A stretch of 64,000 bases of DNA from Phaeosaccion multiseriatum (lineage: Eukaryota > Protista > Ochrophyta, other classes): assembly GCA_965112735.1 (NCBI GenBank), contig OZ218955.1:930001-994000 (forward strand), in the 5' to 3' direction. The position numbers were made by a program, and so were the translations under genes. A model generated the notes under the pieces. It was not told where the DNA came from. It saw nothing but the letters and a program-made list of their open reading frames with translations, and made no database searches. This document shows, one piece after another, positions 55,755 through 64,000 of the stretch; the first letter of the stretch is position 1; each line of letters starts with the position of its first letter.

Positions 55755-56439
55755 GGCTGAGCCGCTGGAGATCGAGAGGTTGAGTGGTGTAGAGGTCGAT
55801 AGGACGGCGGAAGATTGATTCTTGTTCTCTCTCCGGTCAAGTTAAAGCTGTTGCAGAGTTGTCCCGCTACGAGCGCGATGCTTCCATCGTCCTCCAGGTT
55901 CCTTGAGGTACCTCCCACTAGCCTTTGTCTATCCCTTAATGAGTCAGAGGAAGGAGTGGCGGAGGTGAAGGGCTTGAGAGCGGTTGGAACAATCGAAGTG
56001 AGGTTGGTCGCAAAAAATAAGGGGAAGCCCCCACCTCTCTCCTTCCACACCTCTGCCGTCCTATCCGCTCTGCTACTCTGCGCTGCTCTGTGCTCTTCTG
56101 GCTCCTTCTATTTGTGTATTGTGCCACTCTCTTTTATTTTTTTAATCTCTCACACAACGTATACACATGTAGCCTTGGAAGGCTGTTAACCACTTTGGTG
56201 GTGGGATCCCTCCGAGGGGTGCTTTTTTTGTTTTTTGGGCCACTCAGGGGTCCCCAACTATCAAACTTTTGATTGTTTTTGAATGCCTGGCGGCTCTATA
56301 CCCCCCATCGAATGGCCATACCGAGCAAAGAAAGCGAAGAAGAAGGATGAGCTCGTGCGCCCTGTCCCTTCTTTGATGCTCCTCTCGCCGCCCGCTCAAC
56401 GTCGTTCTAGGTGCTTAGTACAATTCTTGCTATACATTC

Positions 56440-57490
56440 ATGTCTTTGCTGCTTTTGTGTGAGGCCAGGCGAGCTCTGAAGCGGCCCCTCCGCTTGTGTG
56501 GCACGAGCGATGGCAGAGGATGGCGGGGGTGGGAGCCAAGGACCGTGGGGGCGACGAGGAGCGCTCACCAAGGAGGGGTTGGGGTTGGGGGAGCAGGAGG
56601 GGGAGGTGGGGGAGTGGAGCTGCCGGACGAGGTCTTGCTGTTTGAGAGCAAGGGGGCGGCGAGGAGGCAGAAGCTGTTCGGTGTAGGCAGCGTCCTGCAC
56701 ACAAGCTATTGGGTGGGCTACCTGTCCATGATCACACCAGCATCGCAGCAGATCGGGGTCAGTCCCATCTGGGGCAGCGTGGGGTTTGGCTCCTCCCTGA
56801 TGGTGCTGGGGCTAGCGTGGCAGTGGGGTAAGAACTACACTGTGCGGCTGGCCTACGTGCCCAGCACAGATACCTTCCGGCTCACCACGTTTACCTTCAC
56901 GGGGAAGGTAGGTCAAGTCAAGTCACTTAAGGGGGGGAGGGCAAGGCTTTTCCCTTGGTTGTCTGCTCTGCTCCTTCTGGTGCTGCTGGTGCTGCTGCTG
57001 CTGCTCCTCTGCTCACTCACATGTTACTCATGATTGCTCGATGGTCGCCCAACTCGCTCCGAACCAAATGACAAACCAAACCACCCAACCAATCAATCAG
57101 GAGCGTTCCCCTCCCCGCTTGATCAAGTTCGGAGCCACCTCCATCGTGGAGTCACACGAGAACAACAAGAAGATAATGCGTCCCTACAAGGTTGAGAAGG
57201 ATAACTTTTACAACATTCTCGATACCGACAAGGGCGTCTTTTACGCGCCACGGAGCACGGTGTTCGGTTTGCTTCGAGGGGACCAAGTGGTGGCCAGAGC
57301 AGTGAGGAAGCAGTTTCAGGAGCACCATCAGGAGGGGTGGGGGTGGGAAGGGGAGGAGGAGGAGGAGGAGGAGGAGGCGAAGGAGGAAGGGGGGCCGGGG
57401 AGAAGGGGAGGAAAAGGAGCAGGCCCGAGGCGCTCAGCACGAGAGAGAAGGGGGTCATCGGGGCGGAAGAGAAAGAGGGGTAAGGTGTAA
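56440..57490 (+). CDS. TMEM223-like mitochondrial membrane protein (intron ~56908-57100)
   Basis: Arg-rich N-terminus, EVLLFES, two hydrophobic segments, YTVRL..FRLTTFTFTG, RPYKVEKDNFYNILDTDKGVF; resembles my recollection of the TMEM223 motif order. Confidence 0.6.
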
Positions 57491-57589
57491 TTATCTTAGT
57501 GGTGCAAAGAAAACTACACATACATGTGTATATATGGAGATAGACGACGGAATCATGGAATCATGTGCTGGGTGTCACAAATGACAACC

Positions 57590-58390
57590 ACCACCAGATA
57601 CCACCACCGCTCCCACTACTGTACCTGCCGTGGACTGCTGCTGGAGACTTGAGTTGTTGACACAAAGCCCTTCGATTGCGACACTGGTGGACAAGGTCCT
57701 TCGTACTCAGATTTCGACCTTCTGCGGGAAGGCAGAGATGAGCTTGACGAGGGGGGACATTCTCGGGCACCTGCGGACATTTGTCAGGAATCAGGAGACT
57801 GGTGGCGATGTCACATGGAAGGGCATTGCGCAAGGAGTACAAATGCAACTGAGGCAAGCCATGAAGATTGGAGAGCTTCAGCAGGCTGCTGTTCTGTGTA
57901 CTCATGTGGACTTTCTACGCCGTGCTACAACTGTATGAGATCTCCGTTACGGTCCTCCCTGGAGTGGGGAGTGGAGCCAGATGACAAGATTTGCGGCATG
58001 CCTCAGTCGGGAGCAGTTGCCAAGGCTGTGATAATTGCTTTCAAGGGCGTTATCAAGCGGAGCTGATGTCGCCATGCACGCAGTGGTGGTTGACAGAGAG
58101 CTGTCAAAGCCGCGAGATTGGCATCAGCTCTATCCTGATTGGCTCGCGATGGTGGAGGAGGTCATGCAGGATTTCCATGAGAGCCACGCACGGGTCCAGC
58201 CTCTCAATCTCCCTCTCCCAACGATTTGCCCTGAAGCCAAAATGACCAAGCTCCAAGGAGGTGCGGGAGGAGGGGGAGGAGGCAGACAACACGACTCCAC
58301 AGCTCATGTCAGCAGAAAGGACAAAAAGCGCGCTCGACAAGGAAAACTTGCCATGAGCGGCTGCGGCAGAAGACGGAAGCTGGTGAGCAA
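57590..58390 (+). pseudogene. Intronless, satellite-free, coding-like stretch broken by stops/frameshifts; unknown gene or TE relic
   Basis: ORF fragments 57630..57938 and 58035..58490 have normal amino-acid composition but no recognisable domain. Confidence 0.3.
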
Positions 58391-59064
58391 AGCTGGTGAG
58401 CAGGCCGTGTTTATAGTTTCAGTTTCTTCTCTACATCCCTTCTATTATCTATTTTCGCGAGTGGGTCGGAGCCTACCCCGACCGCGGTAGAGTCTTTCTC
58501 TCACCCATCTCTCTCTCTCTCTCTCTTTCCTCCGCAGCGAAAACAACAACCACAAGGACATCACGTATATGTGGAGATGATTATTTATTTATCTCCACAT
58601 ATATACGTGACGTCCTCGTTTTTGTTGTTTTCGCTGCGGAGGAAAGAGAGAGAGATGGGTGAGAGAAAGACTCTACCGCGGTCGTAAACAAGTCACCAAA
58701 GCTGGGGCAGGGCTCCGACCCAGTGAAAATAGATAAAAGAAGGGATGTAGGGGGTAAGCGAGGGCGGGTGGTCAGAAACTTGGGGGTGTGGCATAGGAGG
58801 ACATCTTGTGCTTGTGGTGTGGTGTGGGTGGAGTGGAAGAGAGGATAGGAGTCGCAGCTAACGCGGTGAATCTTCTAGTATACTGGTGATGCGAAGAAAG
58901 GGGGTGAATCTAAGTGCAATGGTGGAGTCATCTGCTGCAGGCCCACTACAGGCCTAGATGTGACTCCACTCTTGCCCTTCGACTAACCCCCTTTGTTCGC
59001 ATCACCACTGGCCTTTTCACCAGCTTCCGTCTTCTGCCGCAGCCGCTTGCGGCAGTTTTCCTGT
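58337..59064. ncRNA. Candidate structured/hairpin RNA locus: two long stem-loops enclosed by an outer inverted repeat
   Basis: Hairpin A 58479-58684 (extends 58431-58750), hairpin B 58884-59007, outer arms ~58337-58386 and ~59016-59064. The inverted repeats are seen directly; RNA function is inferred. Confidence 0.4.
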
Positions 59065-59290
59065 AGAAACCTGGACACACCTTCTTAAGAGTCATCTCGG
59101 GGGGGGGGCTGTGGCTTTGGCACTGCCTTAAGCTTGCACAAGAACACCCTTTAGACAATCGTGTGTGTGCGAGGAGAGAGAGGCAAGGCAGCCATGCTTC
59201 GCGGGGACAAAAAGCAGTGGAGAGTGAGGGCACAGTGGAAATCCATAGGACGGGATGTTCATTGACTTGCTAATAAGAGTAGGAGATGCA

Positions 59291-59329
<39 letters not shown>

Positions 59330-59894
59330 CCCCCAAGAGGCAGGCAGGAGAAGGCATGCTGCTATACGCAACCGAAGCATGTTTCTGTTTTTGCTTCCTC
59401 CGTGCTGTTGCTCGGCAGCAATACATGCACAGATGCCGACCCCACTGGCGAGAGGAGGCCAGGACAAGACCGACAGACCTCCACATTGGCACAGGCAGGC
59501 ACACAACATTCTCCTCCACACCCCTCTCCTCCCCTTGCTGCACACATGTACCAACACAGTTATCGCACTTGCTGTCCAACCTCTCTCTCTCTCTCTCTCT
59601 CTCTGTGCCCCTATCTCTCTGCCTTACCCTTGCTTGGGGTTACGACGGGTGCCGACAAGAGAACCCACACCTGCGCTAATTCTGCGTGTCCTCTTCTCTC
59701 TGCCCCCTCCCAGACTACTCCCTCCTCCTCCTCCTCCTCCTCCTCCATGTCGAGTAGTTCACCAAGTCCTCAGTCGGTGGCGTCTTCTTCTCCCCCCCCG
59801 TCTCGCCTACTCTCTCCTCCCCCCCCCCATCTCGAGCAAGTAGTCCCTCCGTCCCTCCGTCCCTGAGCCCCCATCAGTCATCAAAAGTCCGTCC

Positions 59895-60078
59895 TCAGTC
59901 GGTGGTGCCGTAGAACTTTACGCATCTGTTCATGCTGGATGTGGCCAAGAAGCCCCCCTTGGGTCCGAAGCCTACCCCGGTGAGGACGCTCTTCTTACTA
60001 CTATCATCTTCCACAGGAAGGTTCAGCAGCTCCGTCCAGCCCTTGCGTGCCCACACCTTGGCGCCTGGAGAAAGCAGC

Positions 60079-60110
<32 letters not shown>

Positions 60111-60298
60111 AGAAGTAGTAGTCGTAGTAGTAGTAGTAGCAGGAGTAGTAGTAGTAGTAGTAGTAGCAGGAGTAGTAGTAGTCGTAGTAGTAGTAGTAGT
60201 AGTAGTAGCAACAGCAACAACAGAGGAGCACAACAAAGACAAGACAAGGCCAGGCAAGAGAAACGGTAAGAGAAAGCAGCGCAAAGCAACGCGGCGGC

Positions 60299-60333
<35 letters not shown>

Positions 60334-63300
60334 GCCCCTCCTCCCGCGGCGAGGTATGTACCGCTCTGGTCCCACGACAGGGCATGCACGGGAGCACCCA
60401 TGGTCAGCGTCTGCACCTCCTTCAGCTTGCGCAGATCCCAGATCTTGACATTGCCGTCCTGAGAGAGAGAGGGAGGGGGTGAGGGAGAGGGGGAGGTTAG
60501 GGGGAGAGAGAAGAGAGAAGCGATGATCAAATGAGCTACAGGATAAAAAGAAGAAACGCGATTTTCTACCAAGCGTAATTCAAATTCTTTCTCAATTTCA
60601 CCCCCTCCACCCCCTCCTATAACATGTGCATCAATTCATGTCCAGACCCCCCTACCATGGAGCCTGAGGCGAGCGTGTATCCATTCTCGCTGAACGCGAT
60701 GGCATTGACGGTTCCCTCGTGCCCCTCGAAGGCCTTGACGTGCTGAAAGGCCTTGAGGTCCCACAGGCGCACCGTGTTGTTCGTCGTGCCTGACCAAATC
60801 GCAACAAGTCAAGGGAAGTCACGTAAGTCAGTAATCATCCTGTCAATCAATGTCAAGCCATTCAATCGTGTATCACTCGCACTCATTCAATCACTGATCC
60901 ACTCACTCACTACCCTACCCCCACCCCCCCACCTATCCACTCACTCACCCACCCACCCACTCACCCGCCCACCCTCTCAACCACTCACTTTCCCATGCAC
61001 CCACCCACTCACTTACCCATCCATCCATTGACATATACATCCACTGTTCACTCACCCATCCATCCATTGACATAAAATGTACATTCACTCGTTGACTCAC
61101 CCATCCATCCATTGACATATACATCCACTCGTTCACTCACCCATCCATCCATTGACATATACATCCACTGTTCACTCACCCATCCATCCATTGACATACA
61201 CATCCACTCGTTCACTCACCCATCCATCCATTGACATATACATACACTCGTTCACTCACCTAATCCCAAGACACACCCGTCTGGGTGGAAGTGTACGCAC
61301 TGATAATCCCCCACCTCCGCCGCCTCTCCCTCCTCTGTCCGTAAGCACGTGCCGTTCTCAATCTCGCTGAAGCTCCAGCTGCAATCACGCACACACACGC
61401 ACAGAGAGAGAGAGAGGACGACACACACAGAGAGAGAGAGAGAAAGGGAGCGACACACACAGAAAGAGAGAGAGTACGAGGACACAGAACAGAAGATTAG
61501 TTTCAGTCTACTAGACCCTACCGGTGGTATCCGAACAGAAACCAAGGGGATTGATGTCGAAACGGTATTGCATGTCCTTCGAAGGAACAAACACAACCAC
61601 TGAATCTGAAACTGCAACAGGTAAAATGTCTTGTGTACTTGGTGTCAGGTACGTAGGTAGGTACGTAGGTAGGCACGCAGCCAGGCAGGTAGGAGGTAGG
61701 TACGGTACCTGCTGTTCTTTGTGGCGGTAGCAATGTAGTCTCCTGTGGCCTGTAATGCCACCCCCATCACCTCGGCGCCGTGCTGAAGCGTGTGCAGAGA
61801 CGCCCAAGACCCCTCCCCGCCTTTGCTCCAGATCTATCACCACATTCACATTCATTATCAATCAAGATTTCACGCCGATAAAACACATCACAAACATCAG
61901 GAAAGGGGAGGGGAGGAGGATGACAAGGGGGCGGGGGAATAAGACGTGTGATGTGGGCTATTTCGCACTCTTATCGTAGAGAGAAAGGGGGGCAGGGGGA
62001 AGGCAGAGAGGGAGACAGGGAGAGAGGGCGAGAAACAGAGGGAGACCAAGAGAGAGAGGGACAGAGGGAGAGCAAGAGCGAGAGGGAGAGGGAGGGCCAG
62101 ACAGCACCTTGCACGTCTTGTCTGCCGACGCTGTGAAGACCATGTCCTTGGAAGAGTGCCACATCACAGAGTGGATCTTCTTGCTGTGGCCGCTTAGCGT
62201 GGCTTCTTGCTTACCGCTGGAGAGAGAGAAGAGGAAGAGGAGGAGGAGGAGGAGGAGGAGGAGGAGGAGGAGGACAACGAGGAGGAGGAGACAGTTGAAA
62301 GTCAGGCAGATGCCCCGCAGCGTTCCACCGGGGATGGTATCTGATGGATGGAGGGGAAAGCCACTAACGCACCACCCCCCCCCCCCCTTCAATGCCGCCT
62401 TCAACCTCCTTGCTCTCCCTGTCCCTACCCCTCGCTCTCTTTGTCCCATCGTGTTGTATGACTTGGTTCCAATAGCTCCTCGTCTCCTCCTTCCTCCCCC
62501 CCCACCAAGCCCGACGCAAATCCTCCCCTATGTGCCCAACAAACTGCCTACCCACCCACCTGTCCTTGTTAAAGATGATGGCAGTCTTATCTGCCCCCCC
62601 CGTGAGCACCAATGCTCCCCCCGTCTGTTGGGAGGGACACACGGCTAGACATGTGACTCCGGCGGGGTTGGTCTTGTGTAGTTTATGGCTGGCTTGTTCC
62701 GTGAAGCTTTCCAGCACCTATAGAGAGAGAGAGAGAAAAGATAGAGGGGAGGGAGAGGAGGGGGGAGAGGAGAGAGAGGGGGGGAGAGAAGAATGAGAGA
62801 GGGAGAAGAGGGAGAGAAAGAAGCGAGAGCGAGAGAGAAGAGTGAGAGGAAGAGGACACGAGACGCACGAGCGAGAGAGCATGCATCATCCGCGAGTCAA
62901 GTGAACACATACCTCCTTTGCCGGCACGCTAGCCGACGACGCCGAGGTCTTCTTCTCCTTGTTGGCGTCCTTGCGCTGTTTGCTCAGCTCCTTCTCTTTC
63001 GAGACCATAGCTTGCATGTGAACCGCAAAAGAGTCTCCATCTCCTCCTCCCCCGTCCACCTCCATGTCCCCTGCTCCCGCCTTTGCCTTCTTCGCTGGTG
63101 GTTCCTGCTGCCCTCCTCCTCCCGCTGCTGCTACTTGTGCAATGGTGCTTCGCTGGCTGGACAGCTCTGCTCTTGCCTCGTCTCTCTCTCTCACGAGTCG
63201 GGCAATCACTCGGCATGCCGCGTCTTGTTGGTACAAAGACTTGTTGAGGCATTGAGATTTGCGGTTGTGTGAAGGTACGTATATCAGAGAGAGAGAGAGA

Positions 63301-64000
63301 GAGAGGGGGGGGGAGTGATAGCGCGGGGAAGGGGGTGGTCGGTGAGCACGGTGAGAAGAAGGTTGTGGCACCGCACACACGGGTCGCGTCGTCAGGCCAA
63401 CTGCTGCCAACTACTACAGAGGGGCGTGCCACGTCGAGCGTTGAGCGCTCTGTATCTTCCTCCCCCCTGCCCACCTACCCTACCTGACTGAGCTCCTGCC
63501 GAGTGGCATCGAGGTGCTGCTTGAGCGTGAACGTCTCCAGCATAAGCGCATCCCACTCGTTCTGCATTAGGGCGAGGAGGCCAGGCACGCTCGTGGCGGA
63601 CACAGGCCTCGGCCGCACGACTTTGCTGCTGTTGATGGGTAGTAAGTCATCCACAGATAGCTCCTGGCCAGTGACAGGGCACTGTGGTGGGAGGGAGGGA
63701 GGGAGGGAGGGGTGGGGGGTGTAACAGCGAAGAGCTTAGAGAGAGAGAGAGGGAGAGAGAGAGAGAGAGAGAGAGAAGTGCCATGCCTGGGCTAAGCTAC
63801 TGATCATCCCGTAACAAACGCACAATCTTGAGAGAGCAGGCACAAGAGTAGGGAAGAAGAGAGGAAGAGCAAAGAGCGAAGGAAAGGTTTTTGAGTCCGA
63901 AAGGAGGAAGACACCGCTCGCCCACTACCACCCCCACCCCTCTTCTCTACAGCCAGCACACGCGAATACCTCCCGCACCTTGCCCTGCTGCTCAATGTAC
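59895..64000 (-). CDS. PRPF19: Pre-mRNA processing factor 19 (U-box, coiled coil, WD40); 5' end lies outside the window
   Basis: YIEQQGK|[60 protein letters not shown]|[23 protein letters not shown]; TGGADK; LSGHSKK; [12 protein letters not shown]; [10 protein letters not shown]. Confidence 0.96.
61005..61260. repeat. ~39-nt minisatellite (CACCCATCCATCCATTGACATATACATCCACTGTTCACT-like), PRPF19 intron
   Basis: About 6 tandem units. Confidence 0.9.

Overview
Eukaryotic, intron-rich genomic DNA with extreme micro/minisatellite content: almost every intron, and many exons, carry simple repeats. Most long ORFs in the supplied track are repeat artefacts. I reconstructed spliced genes by hand from GT..AG junctions and protein motifs. 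In order: the 3' part of a true [FeFe]-hydrogenase (+); CFAP221/PCDP1 (-); a divergent alpha-SNAP-like gene (-); an unknown WW-domain plus aromatic beta-repeat protein (+); TDP2 (-) head-to-head with RBBP5/SWD1 (+); an R2R3-MYB (-); an unknown ~1000-aa five-TM glycoprotein (+); an IAH1-like SGNH esterase (-); a ~320-bp palindromic MITE-like element; a secreted HHIP/HIPL-like protein with GGLGC-CRYC repeats (-); a TMEM223-like gene (+); a non-coding nested-hairpin locus; and the 3' part of PRPF19 (-). Gene content suggests a flagellated protist, plausibly a stramenopile (inference only). The most unusual signals are the multi-hairpin locus at ~58.3-59.1 kb, a dispersed 15-nt word (GCAGTTGGTGATACA) found in exons and introns in several frames and both orientations, repeats seeded at splice donors, and two unrecognised protein architectures. 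Exon boundaries are manual and unverified by transcripts.
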